NCBI GenBank assembly: GCA_000004985.1
Contig: GG738878.1
Direction: 5' to 3' (one strand)
Length of the DNA stretch: 64,000 bases
From: Naegleria gruberi
Lineage: Eukaryota
Shown: piece after piece, positions 45,306 to 56,450 of the stretch
Numbering within the stretch: the first letter of the stretch is position 1
How the letters are laid out: each line of letters starts with the position of its first letter
Notes under the pieces: generated by a model
Told to the model about the DNA's origin: nothing
What the model saw: only the letters and a program-made list of their open reading frames with translations
Database searches by the model: none
Translations under genes and position numbers: made by a program

Positions 45306-45609
45306 TTTTTATTAGAAACTTAACGAATTAATTATTTATTATTAGAAAACGTGATATTAATTAATTTACAAATCATTTCTACTTTGATTTTCACAAGTAC
45401 ACTGTCCATCACATTCTCGATCATTGTTGTGAGATTTACGAATCAAAGACCATTCACGTTGATATAAAAAACATGATCAATATCTTGTGAATAATTCTTT
45501 TTGGCAATTGATCTACCTTAATATTTTTCCCTTTATATTTGTTGCTACATTTAAATTCGAATATGGAATACAAAGTTTCTAAAATAAAAATTAATTGGAA
45601 TGGAAAATT

Positions 45610-45700
45610 TGATGAGAGTGGGATTTGAACCCACGCCCTTGCGGAACACGGTATTAATAATACCTTAACGTGTCGTCTTAGACCACTCGACCATCTCACC
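45610..45700 (-). tRNA. tRNA-Leu(AAG) with an 11-nt intron at the canonical 37/38 position. The intron is 45652..45662 on plus-strand coordinates.
   Basis: The minus strand reads GGTGAGA TG GTCGAGTGGTCTAAGAC G ACACG TTAAGG [TATTATTAATA] C CGTGT TCCGCAAGGGC GTGGG TTCAAAT CCCAC TCTCATC A. It has a type-II long variable arm and the eukaryotic Leu D-loop GAGTGGTCTAAG. The acceptor stem has 7 bp including one G-U. Confidence 0.85.
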
Positions 45701-45813
45701 ATTGAAAAATCGAGTTTTTACTAATATAATATTTTTTGCTTAGCATTGAACTTGGAATATTCAATTTTGAAATAATAATAAAAATAAAATTAAAGTTCAT
45801 TAAGTTCAAAAAA

Positions 45814-46773
45814 ATGGTCGTTATTCATCTTATTGATTTTATTGATGACAAAGTAATAACCGAATCAATCACTACTTCCTATAATTCAAATCAAGAAGAA
45901 TATAAATATTTAATTAATTTATTAAAACATTCAATAACCCGAAAATTATTAGAACCTTTTTCATTGAATTTTGAAAAGATTGAATTGAATGGAATGTCCC
46001 TAGGTACTTCATCCTATGATATAGTTATATCACCCTTCTACGATAAATTAATTGTAAATCATAAAAATTTATTACAAGTTTACAATATATCTTACAATAG
46101 ATCAAAAAGAAAAGAAATTAACTTGTCAATGTATTCACAAATAACACACAAGGATGGTGCACACTTTAGGGTCATGAAATTAATGAATGAAAGTGGGGTT
46201 GAATATATTTATGCTAGTGATAATAGAAATTGTGTTACAAAATGCCAAGTTTCAGATTTGATAAACGAAGGAAAACATAACATAATTTGGAAATCTGAAG
46301 AATATAGGAATATGTGGGGATTAACAGTATTTAATGGAAAGGTATATGCCCTAGATTATGATAATGGTATTAAAGTGCTTGATTGTAAAAGTGGTAAAAC
46401 ACTTTACAGTGAAGAAATACTTCCAACCATTGAAAACGGATATGGAATTCATTTCTATTCTGAAAATGAACTTTTAATTGGGCATTCAAAGAAATTGGAA
46501 TTATTTAAAAAGAATGATAATTCTTGGATTTCAGTGAAATGTTCATCGTTTACAATGCTAGACTGTTATTCTATTTTCATTGAGAATTTATCTGATTTGA
46601 TTTATGTTTCTGATAGCTCTGCAAACAAGATACATGTTGTAAGGAGGAATGATTTGTCACTTGTGAAATCACACGATGGGTTTCAGTCTCAATTTGGAAT
46701 GTTAATAGATGACAGGAATGGATTATTATATGTATGTGATACATTTGCTCATCAAATACGCGTTTTTAAATAA
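45814..46773 (+). CDS. NHL-repeat / six-bladed beta-propeller-like protein.
   Basis: ATG at 45814; the track start at 45736 is not an ATG. NHL-like blades are YVSDSSANKIHVVRRND and LLYVCDTFAHQIRVF. Confidence 0.5.
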   Translation: MVVIHLIDFIDDKVITESITTSYNSNQEEYKYLINLLKHSITRKLLEPFSLNFEKIELNGMSLGTSSYDIVISPFYDKLIVNHKNLLQVYNISYNRSKRKEINLSMYSQITHKDGAHFRVMKLMNESGVEYIYASDNRNCVTKCQVSDLINEGKHNIIWKSEEYRNMWGLTVFNGKVYALDYDNGIKVLDCKSGKTLYSEEILPTIENGYGIHFYSENELLIGHSKKLELFKKNDNSWISVKCSSFTMLDCYSIFIENLSDLIYVSDSSANKIHVVRRNDLSLVKSHDGFQSQFGMLIDDRNGLLYVCDTFAHQIRVFK

Positions 46774-47056
46774 AATCACATGACCATTTTCAACTGAATA
46801 ATTGAGTGAATTGGTGAAATTCTTTTGCTATTGTCCTCATTTTCATCTCTTGTTAATCGAAAAGAAAATTAAGCAAAAATGTAATTTTTCAAAAATCAAA
46901 AATTTAAAAAAAAACAAAAAAATTTCAACCGTTATTCCAATTCATCATCGGAATTTCACATTTTAAATATCAACAATATTCATCAAAATATTAATAATAA
47001 TAATACAAACAATTAAAAATCAATAATAATAATAATAATACTAACTGAACATCATA

Positions 47057-47971
47057 ATGGAAGATCGACCAGTTCATCTCAATGTCGGAGGTAAAATAAT
47101 AACAGTTTCATTATTGGATTTAACCAACACGGAGAGGGAACCAAATAATTTATTTATTAGAATGTTTAGAGGAGAACTACCATTGTATGAAACAGCCTCT
47201 CCTCTCTTCTCTGATAAAGTCTATTTTATAAATTGTGATCATAAACCATTCCGACATGTTTTGAAATGGTTAAGGTATGGAAGAATAGATCAACAAATGG
47301 TGGAATTAAAGGCTGATTTGTTGGATATATGTAAACAATATAGATTGGAAAAGTTGGAAAAATCAATTTCTCAAATTAATGTAAATGATTGCATCTATGA
47401 TCTTTCATTCGGTCTGGGTGTTAGTAGTACAATTATACAATTTAAGGAAGTTATGGATTTGTTTAAGAGAGCACTAGGATGTGAAACTCCTCCAAAATTA
47501 CTTTATAGAGCTTCAAATGATGGATTTACGGCTCAATCATTTCATCAAAAGTGTGATCATCAAGGTAAAACTGTGACCATAGTAAGGTCAGAGTATGGAA
47601 ATATTTTCGGTGGTTTCACTTCTCAGGATTGGGAATCACCAAAGCAAGCTAAATTCAAAGCTGATCCAGCAGCTTTTGTATTCAAATTCGAGAGTGATAG
47701 TGCTGGAAATTCAAGACTTGAAGTATTCCACATTAGACAAGGAGATCAGAAGGCAATTTATTGTGATGCTTATGATCTTGCTATATTTGGAGGAGGATGT
47801 GATTTTTACATTTCCGATAGTTGTAATATCAATTCGGCTTCATATTCAGAGTTTGGAGATAGTTACGAGTTGCCTCTGGGCTATTCATTCGGTTCTGAAC
47901 AAACTCATGTCTTTTTGGGAGGTAAATTCGATTTTAGAGTTTCTGAAATTGAGGTTTTCAAAATTGATTAA
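47057..47971 (+). CDS. BTB/POZ (KCTD-type) plus TLDc domain protein.
   Basis: The BTB region is VHLNVGGKIITVSLLDL...LFIRMF...YFINCDHKPFRHVLKWLRYG. The TLDc region is KLLYRASNDGFTAQSFHQKCDHQGKTVTIVRSEYGNIFGGFTSQDW. Confidence 0.7.
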   Translation: MEDRPVHLNVGGKIITVSLLDLTNTEREPNNLFIRMFRGELPLYETASPLFSDKVYFINCDHKPFRHVLKWLRYGRIDQQMVELKADLLDICKQYRLEKLEKSISQINVNDCIYDLSFGLGVSSTIIQFKEVMDLFKRALGCETPPKLLYRASNDGFTAQSFHQKCDHQGKTVTIVRSEYGNIFGGFTSQDWESPKQAKFKADPAAFVFKFESDSAGNSRLEVFHIRQGDQKAIYCDAYDLAIFGGGCDFYISDSCNINSASYSEFGDSYELPLGYSFGSEQTHVFLGGKFDFRVSEIEVFKID

Positions 47972-48027
47972 GGTATTCAAAGAAAATAACACTTGTTTAT
48001 AAAATCAAGGCTAGGTGAAATACTCTT

Positions 48028-49671
48028 TCAATTACTATTATCTCGTTCCAGTTTTTTGAAAATGAAAGGCAATACCACACCCTCTAAATGGTTTCGTTCT
48101 TGGAGAATGTATTGTCTCTGAGAGACGAGGTCAATATTAACTTCCAGGAATTTACCATAAAAGAAGGACCACCCTACAAATGCTCTCACTGGACTAGTAA
48201 ACACTGATGGTTTAGCATTCTCATTATAATTCAAATAGTGAGAGTTCATGATCAAGAGCTCTGGATAGGGCTTGAAAGATAGGTGGAAATATTCATAAGT
48301 CTTTTTGATTTTTGAAAAATCTGCCAAACATGCATCATAGAATGACTCTGCACTATAGAAATATTCTACAATTCCCTTCCAATCCATTGGATATCTGATA
48401 TTTTCATAAATGGAGGAGGTTTTTTCAATGAGATGAGCCATAGAATTTGTGGTAATTGGAGATTGGAATTGATTGAGCTCGCTCTCATCAGGTAGTGGAT
48501 AAGTTGGTGAAGGGAAAGGAAAGAGGCTACGATTCAATTCTTCCATCGATATTTCTCTATGTTGTCCATTCTCTCCTTTCGAGAGTAACTGATTGATTTG
48601 ATTCCACTTTTCATTGCACTCTCTTCTACTCTTCTTGCTGTATTGAGAGCCCTCAATGTGCATAATCTCAAACAATTGCTCGAAACATTTAATACTCTTA
48701 TTTTCTGCAGCCACAGAAAGCGAATCGTATACATCTCTAAAAGTTTCAAAGTGACAATACTGACTTGCTAGGGCTGCCTTTTCTCTAATACTCTCCTCAA
48801 TCTTATCCAATTTGGTATTCAAAAGTTTGTGTGTTGATAAAATCTTGTGTTTCCATACGAATGAATGTGTTGCTCCCATATCAAATAGCAAAGCACACGA
48901 ATGAGTCAAGCTCAACAAGTCCTTCCACTCTAAAAACTCGGAAACCTCAATGAATAAATCTCTGTGAAATATAATTTCAAAAACTGTCTTTTGACAATGT
49001 TTGGGCACCAATTTGTGAATTTTTGGTTGATAGGCCACTGGAAGAGTGCTTCCACGTTTTCTAGTTCTGATTTCAGCAAAATTTGTTGATGAGGTCGTTG
49101 GAGAAGAAACATCCTCAAATTGTTTTGCAATGGCTCTTCTCTTTGGAGAGGATAAACATCCAGGTCTATAATTATCATCATCGTTATTAGAATCTGAAAC
49201 AGATTGAAAGAAGAATGGAGCATTATCAGAGAATCTTCTCCCTCCCGTTGGTGAGGTTGCAACATTTAGCATATCAACACAACTCTCTGGGAATATACTG
49301 AGAGGAGAAGTGGCTTTGGATTTGTTTTTGGTTGTTGGAGTGTTGAGTTGTCCTTTCCAACTCAAACTCTTACTTTCCTCTAAGGGGTGATGATCTTCAT
49401 CCATAGAATTGGAAACTTTTATCTGAGGAAATACAGAGGTACAACTATTGGTTTTTGTTTGAATTGCTAGTGGGCTCTTACTAGGAGATGAAGAAGCAAA
49501 GGAATCTCTCAATTGTCGAATGGATTTTGGAGAAGCATAGGCTGGTATTGAATTCTTATTATTTTCAATTGATGAGGAAGAATCGATAAAGTTTGGTACA
49601 TGAATTGATTTCCTTCCAGAACTGCTGGTAGTGGAAGGAGAGGGATATGACTGTTTTTCAATTACCTCCAT
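48028..49671 (-). CDS. Hypothetical S/T-rich protein of 547 aa with a possible F-box-like segment.
   Basis: ORF from ATG 49671. The segment HRDLFIEVSEFLEWKDLLSLTHSCALL is F-box-like. Confidence 0.4.
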   Translation of the reverse strand: MEVIEKQSYPSPSTTSSSGRKSIHVPNFIDSSSSIENNKNSIPAYASPKSIRQLRDSFASSSPSKSPLAIQTKTNSCTSVFPQIKVSNSMDEDHHPLEESKSLSWKGQLNTPTTKNKSKATSPLSIFPESCVDMLNVATSPTGGRRFSDNAPFFFQSVSDSNNDDDNYRPGCLSSPKRRAIAKQFEDVSSPTTSSTNFAEIRTRKRGSTLPVAYQPKIHKLVPKHCQKTVFEIIFHRDLFIEVSEFLEWKDLLSLTHSCALLFDMGATHSFVWKHKILSTHKLLNTKLDKIEESIREKAALASQYCHFETFRDVYDSLSVAAENKSIKCFEQLFEIMHIEGSQYSKKSRRECNEKWNQINQLLSKGENGQHREISMEELNRSLFPFPSPTYPLPDESELNQFQSPITTNSMAHLIEKTSSIYENIRYPMDWKGIVEYFYSAESFYDACLADFSKIKKTYEYFHLSFKPYPELLIMNSHYLNYNENAKPSVFTSPVRAFVGWSFFYGKFLEVNIDLVSQRQYILQERNHLEGVVLPFIFKKLERDNSN

Positions 49672-50195
49672 TGTTGTTTTTGATGATTTATTTACAATTA
49701 ATTGTGGATCGATATCGGATTGGTGATGAAACTGTAAAATATATACAATATATACAACTATTTTAGCTACTACTTCTATTTAATATATATACAATAATAC
49801 AAGGAAGAACATTAACTGAATTTTTCAAATGGAATGAAAATAAATTAATGATGAGGGATTGAATTCGTGGCGATGATGATGATGATTAAGGTTGATGGTT
49901 TAAATTTGCCACTCCGATTGTTGTTGTTTTTTTCAATGTAAATTGCTGGTTGTTGATTGAGTAAAATGTACAGAGATGAATGACCTCTCTTGAAAGTGAT
50001 GAGTTTTATGTTATTCTGTTATTGGGTGCGTAATTATAAACTCAAAAAGGACAAAAACTCATGATTGGAAGTACATTCGATGAGTGTTTAGATGTTAGAG
50101 TAAATACCAAAACTTAGTCATTGTCAGTCAATGGCTCTTCTTTCAAATTGATATCAATCAATATAGAGGGTTTAATCATTTGAAGTGAACTATAT

Positions 50196-51937
50196 TTATA
50201 AATAATGACTTTTGTAAAAATCACTGCGCTTTTGAACAATTTTCAATTCTTTAGGTCGGAAACTTTCATGCAGTTGACTCTTAGTTTGCCATTTAATAGC
50301 TCTGGATGCTGCTTGAAGTTCTAGAGTTGCGACATTCTTAGACAGTTGCTCAATTTGTTGAATCTCCTTATCTTCTTCGTCTGTATTATCTGTTGGCTTT
50401 CTTTGTCCCTTATTTTTTGTGGCAGCTCCTGACTTGGGACGTTTCTCATTTGCCTGAACTGGCGTTTTTCTCAAATCTTCTTGCTCTTTTTCAATTCTTT
50501 CCTTCTTTCTTTTTTCAAAATCTGCTCGTTTATCAATGAGTTGCTTTTGAAGATCGTGTGAGTTGATGAATTCCTCCTCTGATTTCATTTCACATATGAG
50601 GTAGAATAAATCTTGGAAGGAAACTTCATTTTGGGCCACAATTTTCCTAAAGAGAGCCAATTTCTTCTTTTCATCTTCTGTGAGTGAGTTTGGTTTTTCC
50701 TCTATCAATTTGAACCATTTCTCTGTGAATTTGGTTATTCCCAGAGAGTCCAGCAATGCATTCATTTCTGATGCCTTGATGTTGGTCATCTTTCCTGCTT
50801 TGAAAGATGGGTGATTATTCTTAATTAAATTAATAATCAAGCCCCTTTCATTGCCCGTCAACAATAGACCTTCAAAATCTCTATAAACATGGGAAAGACT
50901 TTCAAATATTGTATCAATAGAGCTCTTTTCTTTTTCTTCATGCTCTAAGTATTGCTTCACTTTGCTTTCGAGAAGAGTTTTTTCCATTCTGGCTCGTTCT
51001 TCGTCCTCCTTCTTTACGTTCATTACAGCTCGTTCTTTCTTAATGTTGTTGGCGTGCTTACATGCTAATTCAGCAGTAGCTCCCATGAATGAAGGTGGTT
51101 TGATAGTACTGAGTCTCATTGTCTTGTGTTCCAAAACATGAGAAGGAACAGTTTTTCCAAAGGCAATTTCTCTGCTGAGAGTATTTCGATTCTGCTGATA
51201 TGTGAGTGCAAGTTCTTCTCTCTCTATGGTAGTAATTTCCACCCTATCAAAAACTTGCAATACTGGAATATCCAAAACCACTCTAGCTCTATATTCATTC
51301 TTTGGAAGAGTGTCACAGAGTGGATTCCCAAATAGCGTTAATTGTTTCAAATATCTCATTCCCTTAATACATTCCATAACTTCATCCAAGCTCTTCAGAT
51401 TATTTTCGTGCAATAACAAAGTCTCCAAGAATTTGAAATTACAAAAATTATTAACATCCAATGACTCGATTCTATTCTGTTGCAAGTAGAGATGTTTCAA
51501 TCTCATACAACCAGTTTTTACTGGTTTATCAAGTATTGATTTCGATCCCAAGATTGCTCTCTCAACGTTCGGGGATCTATCAAATTTGTAACCTTCTTCA
51601 ATTTATTTCCATTGAGCCACAACTCCTCCAACATTATTAATCGACTAAAATTAATATGAATTTCGGTCATTCCTCTCTTTCCCAAATGTAATTCCTTCAC
51701 GTGGCGAAAATCCATTCTACCAATCTCACCCATCGGATCCACTAGAACTGGTGTATTTTCATCCACAATTTCCTTAGCAATCGGAGGCACACCAACCTCC
51801 TGTAACCATTCCTCAAGAATCCTTTGATAGATTTTTTCTACTGCCTCCTCCACATTTTTCTTCTTCTCCTCGAGTCTCTTCTTCTCATCCTCAATTTGTT
51901 TCTTCGACTTCTTGGGTGTAGTTGGTTTTGGCGGCAT
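50196..51937 (-). CDS. Leucine-rich-repeat plus coiled-coil protein. The two ORFs overlap at 51518..51551 out of frame, an apparent 1-nt frameshift near a C4 run at 51571-51574.
   Basis: Upstream ORF: ...MLEELWLNGNKLKKVTNL. Downstream ORF: ...CMRLKHLYLQQNRIESLDVNNFCNFKFLETLLLHENNLKSL with a long E/K coiled coil. Adding one C to the C4 run joins ...NLIDPPNVERAILGSKS... in frame. Confidence 0.55.
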
Positions 51938-52057
51938 TTTTTTAATTTAAAAAATTGTAAATTTTCGTTATTACCGTTACAACACCTTTATTATTTTTGA
52001 ATTGAATTAAAGATCTGTAATGAATGAGCAGAAAATAAATTCATTAAAGATTTTCAT

Positions 52058-52777
52058 TTACTTGTTCATACAGTTCAACTTGTCACTTCCCTTACTCTTC
52101 TTAAGACATGCAAACTTGACATCCAATGATCTCAATAATCCATATAAATTCTTTGGTAATCCTTTGAAATACTTTTTGGAGACGTGGCAAGTTTTAATCT
52201 TTTTCAAATTCTTTCTACATTTGGAAAGGGATGCCAGCATTTCATTGGTGTGTTTTTGATACATTTGTTGGAATTGTTTCACCATTTTCTTAAGAGATGA
52301 GATTCTATGTTTCATTCGCTTAATTTTGGAATGGAAGCACTTCTTGTTAGTTTTGGCATTTTGGAAAACTGTATATTGTCTTGAAGTTAATTGACTTTTG
52401 ATTTGTTCAACTCTAGAAATTGCCTTCTTTGATTGCTTAAATTTTTTCTTCAACTTTATCAACTTTTTCTTAACTTGGTGCATCATTTTCCTGAATTTTC
52501 TTCCTCCTCTTTGAGCTTTTCTCAATTTCCTATTGATTTTCATCATTGATATTTGGCATGTTTTCTTTACAAGTTTCCTTCTCCATTGATAACAAGGGCT
52601 ATCTGTAGACGAATTAATTTCCTTAAGAGCAGAGGAGGTAGATTTAGCAACAACACTACTCAAAGTAATGGCACTGCTTGATTCAACTTGTTCAATTGTT
52701 GTTTGTATGAACAATAAATACAAGATTATCAATGACAAGCCAACAAGACATTTCCTGTAGGGATTGTATTGATACAT
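52058..52777 (-). CDS. Secreted basic (K/R-rich) protein of 239 aa with an N-terminal signal peptide.
   Basis: ATG at 52777. The hydrophobic leader is LVGLSLIILYLLFIQ. Confidence 0.45.
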   Translation of the reverse strand: MYQYNPYRKCLVGLSLIILYLLFIQTTIEQVESSSAITLSSVVAKSTSSALKEINSSTDSPCYQWRRKLVKKTCQISMMKINRKLRKAQRGGRKFRKMMHQVKKKLIKLKKKFKQSKKAISRVEQIKSQLTSRQYTVFQNAKTNKKCFHSKIKRMKHRISSLKKMVKQFQQMYQKHTNEMLASLSKCRKNLKKIKTCHVSKKYFKGLPKNLYGLLRSLDVKFACLKKSKGSDKLNCMNK

Positions 52778-52829
52778 TTTTTATAATAATAATTAGCTCT
52801 GTAAAATTAATTGATGGGGAGAGATTGAT

Positions 52830-53972
52830 TTATAAATTGTTCTTGGTCATGTATGCCTTGAGTTGTGACAAGAATGCAGGTTGAACATTATTCTCTTCCA
52901 TAAACTTTACATAACCTTTGAATTTTGGAGTGTTGATAATATCCTTAACTTTCTGACCTTTGAATTTACCAAATGGGAAAATACCCTCGCTATCGAATTT
53001 AAAACCCTTAGAAGCACCATCTTCTGAGGTTTCCTTTTTACGAGAGGTAGGTTCTTTCTTGTATTGAGCTGATCCATCATCCATACCAAAGTTATCAAAC
53101 AATGATGCTTCACTGTCAACAGAGTCAGGTGTCATCATGACAACTGGTTCCTCATCAGCTTCAACTTGTTCTTCAACATCTTGAGGAACTTGTTCTACTA
53201 CTGCTTCAGCTTGCTTTTTTGGAGTTGTGAACTTGCTCTTTTCAACATATGGATAGGTGAATTCTCTGTCATGTCTTCTGAAGAGTTTCTTGGTTGTCTT
53301 TTTAGTGACATGTTCACAGAAAGCTTCAACAACATTCTTAGCTCTCCATGCAATAATAAAGTTTGGATCCCAAAGCTCACTACCAATACCAATATCCTTA
53401 CAACATCTCATTAAGGCATTTGACTTGGCACCTTCAAGAGAACTTCCAATTGATTTATATCCTTGTTCATCAACAGTTTGCTCTCCAAATGATTGACTCA
53501 CAAATTGTCCTCTACAGAATAAACCATATTCTTGAAGGATACTTCCTCTCTCAATTTTAAATTCAGAGAGTGGAACTAAACACCATCCTCCAGGGCCGAA
53601 AGCCTTGTTCAAAATACGTCTATACTTAATTTCAGGCAAGTACAAAATACCATCAGGCTTAACTTCAATATCTTGATCTGGGAGTGGAGCCATTAAAATT
53701 TGGGCAATTTCTTCACTAAAAGGTTGTTTACCAATTCTTTCATAGACTGTTGTACCATTATTTGCTAAATCGGCTCCGACGAGAGAAGTAGTATTCATTG
53801 TTTGTTGATCAAATTCTTCACAAACTCTTGCTGATGATGAAAAATTTCTCACCGATGATAACAATCCCGAGGCAATAAATGATTGTGATGATGATTTAAA
53901 ACATTGTTTAATGCTGCAACAAGTATTCTTCTTGAGCAATGACGAAGTGGTAGCACGAATAGTAGCTTTCAT
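52830..53972 (-). CDS. MGM101: Mgm101, mitochondrial genome maintenance protein (Rad52-like), with a C-terminal extension.
   Basis: Contains KPDGILYLPEIKYRRILNKAFGPGGW and MRCCKDIGIGSELWDPNFI, the Mgm101 core signature. Confidence 0.75.
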   Translation of the reverse strand: MKATIRATTSSLLKKNTCCSIKQCFKSSSQSFIASGLLSSVRNFSSSARVCEEFDQQTMNTTSLVGADLANNGTTVYERIGKQPFSEEIAQILMAPLPDQDIEVKPDGILYLPEIKYRRILNKAFGPGGWCLVPLSEFKIERGSILQEYGLFCRGQFVSQSFGEQTVDEQGYKSIGSSLEGAKSNALMRCCKDIGIGSELWDPNFIIAWRAKNVVEAFCEHVTKKTTKKLFRRHDREFTYPYVEKSKFTTPKKQAEAVVEQVPQDVEEQVEADEEPVVMMTPDSVDSEASLFDNFGMDDGSAQYKKEPTSRKKETSEDGASKGFKFDSEGIFPFGKFKGQKVKDIINTPKFKGYVKFMEENNVQPAFLSQLKAYMTKNNL

Positions 53973-54833
53973 TTTTTTTGATTGAAATTAATTTTATTAG
54001 AAGCAATTTTCAATCAGTTTATTCATTTTGTTAATGATTGAATTGTTGGTTTTGTGAAGTGCCTTATTAGTTGTTGGTGGCGAGGCGTTTATCCAATCGA
54101 ATGGCTGAGTAGGGAGTTGAGTTTAATCTTGTAAAATGACCTTAATGAGAAGGACACTTCAAGAGATTCGAATTTTAAAGAAATTGATTGGTGTGAAAGA
54201 TGAAAATTGATTGGAAATCTCTCTTATTTCTTATTGTATGGTGCATGTATGCATTGTATCAAAACTAAACACCTATCAAAGATCGATTTACTCTAATCAA
54301 AAATTTCACTTTACATTAAAAACAAAACAGTTCCGATAATGGTGTACTTGTTGATAAAACATGTACATGTTTGCATTGAAGGTAATGAAACCATTATCCA
54401 AAGTAACATTCAATTTTTTTATCATCCCATTCTCGGAATCATAACACAGGGTTTTTGATATCGGAACGAAGAACAATAAGAAGGAAAACAGTCATCAAAA
54501 CCAAGCAGCAAAAACAAATGACAGGCGTTTTCTAAAAAAAGCGGCATTGTAATCCGAATAATAATAGAAAACAGACCAAAAGTGAACGATGTGTACGGCT
54601 TTGACGTCGTTAAAAATCAAAATTACCACTCAAACATTTTTAAAATTTAAAATAAAAACACAGAAAAAATTTCTTCAGTCTTGTTTGCACAAACTCGCTA
54701 CATACACAATTTTGAGCAGTTTTTCTAACGGCGTCTATACAACGAACAAAATCTAGAGATTTTCTAAACAACAACAACAATACAATCATCATCGTCTGTT
54801 TAGACTAGTAAATATAAGAGTAAAGTATAGAAA

Positions 54834-56381
54834 ATGAACACTACTATGTTTGATATTAAGAGTAAAATCAAGCAAATTAAAAACACCGTTCTTCAGATGA
54901 CTCCACTGGAGATCAAAGTCAGAGAATGTACAAGTAACGATTCTTGGGGAGTTAAATTGTCTGATAAATTAGAAGTTGCTGATCACAGTTTCAATTATGA
55001 AGACTTCAAGCTCATCTTCTCTGTTATCAGAATCAGATTGGCTGACGTTGGAAAGGATTGGAGACACGTCCAAAAGGGTATCCAACTTGTTGAATTTTTG
55101 GTCATTAACGGTTCTGAAAGATGTTTGGATGAAGCCAGAGACATGCAATCACTTATTCGTCAAATGAAGAACTTTAAATATGTTGATGATGACGGAAAGG
55201 ATTGGGGTGTTAACGTAAGAGATGCTGCTAAACACTTCTTGGAATTCATCAAGGATGAAGAAAAGATCAAGGAAGAAAGAGAAATTGCCAAACAACAAAA
55301 GGAAAAATATGAAGGTTTTTCTAGATCTGAAGCCAAGCACAAGTCTCGTACAACAGGTAGTTCTTCATCAGAAAAGAAGAAGAAGGAAAAGAAGCCATCC
55401 TATGATGATGAATATGATGCTCCTAAGAAGTCTACTTCTCGTTCTAGCTTTGAAGAAGAAGAATATGAACAAGAAGAAAAGCCAAGAGCTTCTTCTCCTG
55501 TCAATCAATCTGGTAGACCAAGAAAGCCATCTACTGGTACAACCCCATCATTCCAAACTACATCTCAACCAGTTAAACAAAAGGAAGATACTCTTATTGA
55601 TTTCTTTGATACACCAGTTACCACAACAACAAACCAATATAACAATAACAACTTTGGAAATAACAATGGTTTCGGAAATAATGGTTTGGCCAATAACTCT
55701 GGCTGGTCTCAACCAACTCAACCTGTCAATACTGGATTCAATCCAAGAACTGCTAGTACCCAACCAACAAACTCTGGATTTAACCCAAGAGGTAACAATG
55801 GTGCTTCATTCAACACTGGTGGTAATGATTTCGAAGCTAACTTTGATAGCTCTGGTTTTGATGATGGTTTCGGAACAAATGATGCTTTCAATAATGCTTC
55901 AGGTCAAGAAAAGAAGGATTCTACCTTGTTTGATATTTCAAGTGGTTTGGTTAACTTGGATCTTAATGAAACCAAGCAACAAACAACATCTCAACCAGTT
56001 AATCCATCTCAACCATCAGCTAACATGTCGTTGAAGGAATTGAAGAGATTGCAAGGAAACAATACACCAACCAAGCCTCCAGTCATGAATAATACCACTC
56101 CATCTTTCCCATCCAACACATCTTTCCCACCAAACAACAACTTTGGAGGTGGTTATCCAAATAACAATGGTTTCAACAATTACCCACCAAACAACAACAA
56201 TAACTTTGGTGGTTATCCAAACAACAACATGCCACCAAGAACTGGCGGAAATTATCCACCAAATAACAATTTTGGTAACATGCCACAACCAAGCGGATAT
56301 GGATACAATAATCAACCTGTCAATAATAATAGACCACCACAAAACAACAACAACAATGGAGGAGGTTTCGACTTTTTCTAA
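54834..56381 (+). CDS. ENTH-domain (epsin-like) protein with a long N/G/F-rich C-terminal tail.
   Basis: The N-terminal ENTH region is VRECTSNDSWGVKLSDKLEVADHSFNYEDFKLIFSVIRIRL...WRHVQKGIQLVEFLVINGSERCLDEARD. The tail has NNNFGG/YPNNN repeats. Confidence 0.75.
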   Translation: MNTTMFDIKSKIKQIKNTVLQMTPLEIKVRECTSNDSWGVKLSDKLEVADHSFNYEDFKLIFSVIRIRLADVGKDWRHVQKGIQLVEFLVINGSERCLDEARDMQSLIRQMKNFKYVDDDGKDWGVNVRDAAKHFLEFIKDEEKIKEEREIAKQQKEKYEGFSRSEAKHKSRTTGSSSSEKKKKEKKPSYDDEYDAPKKSTSRSSFEEEEYEQEEKPRASSPVNQSGRPRKPSTGTTPSFQTTSQPVKQKEDTLIDFFDTPVTTTTNQYNNNNFGNNNGFGNNGLANNSGWSQPTQPVNTGFNPRTASTQPTNSGFNPRGNNGASFNTGGNDFEANFDSSGFDDGFGTNDAFNNASGQEKKDSTLFDISSGLVNLDLNETKQQTTSQPVNPSQPSANMSLKELKRLQGNNTPTKPPVMNNTTPSFPSNTSFPPNNNFGGGYPNNNGFNNYPPNNNNNFGGYPNNNMPPRTGGNYPPNNNFGNMPQPSGYGYNNQPVNNNRPPQNNNNNGGGFDFF

Positions 56382-56413
56382 ATAAATTATCTATTAATCT
56401 ACTACATTGTATC

Positions 56414-56450
56414 TTATTATTTATTATTATTTATTATTATTTATTATTAA
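56414..56450. repeat. Short AT microsatellite, a 10-nt ttattattta-type unit repeated about 3.5 times, in the 3' flank of the ENTH gene.
   Basis: The sequence is cttattatttattattatttattattatttattattaa. Confidence 0.6.

Noticed and set aside
51518-51551. Tried to explain the overlap of the two LRR ORFs, and the kinase-like (38058..38061) and calpain 2 (27438..27457) breaks, as tiny introns.
   Set aside because: No GT...AG pair of plausible length (at least 40 nt) restores the frame at any of these sites. Single-base indels in homopolymers or repeats do.
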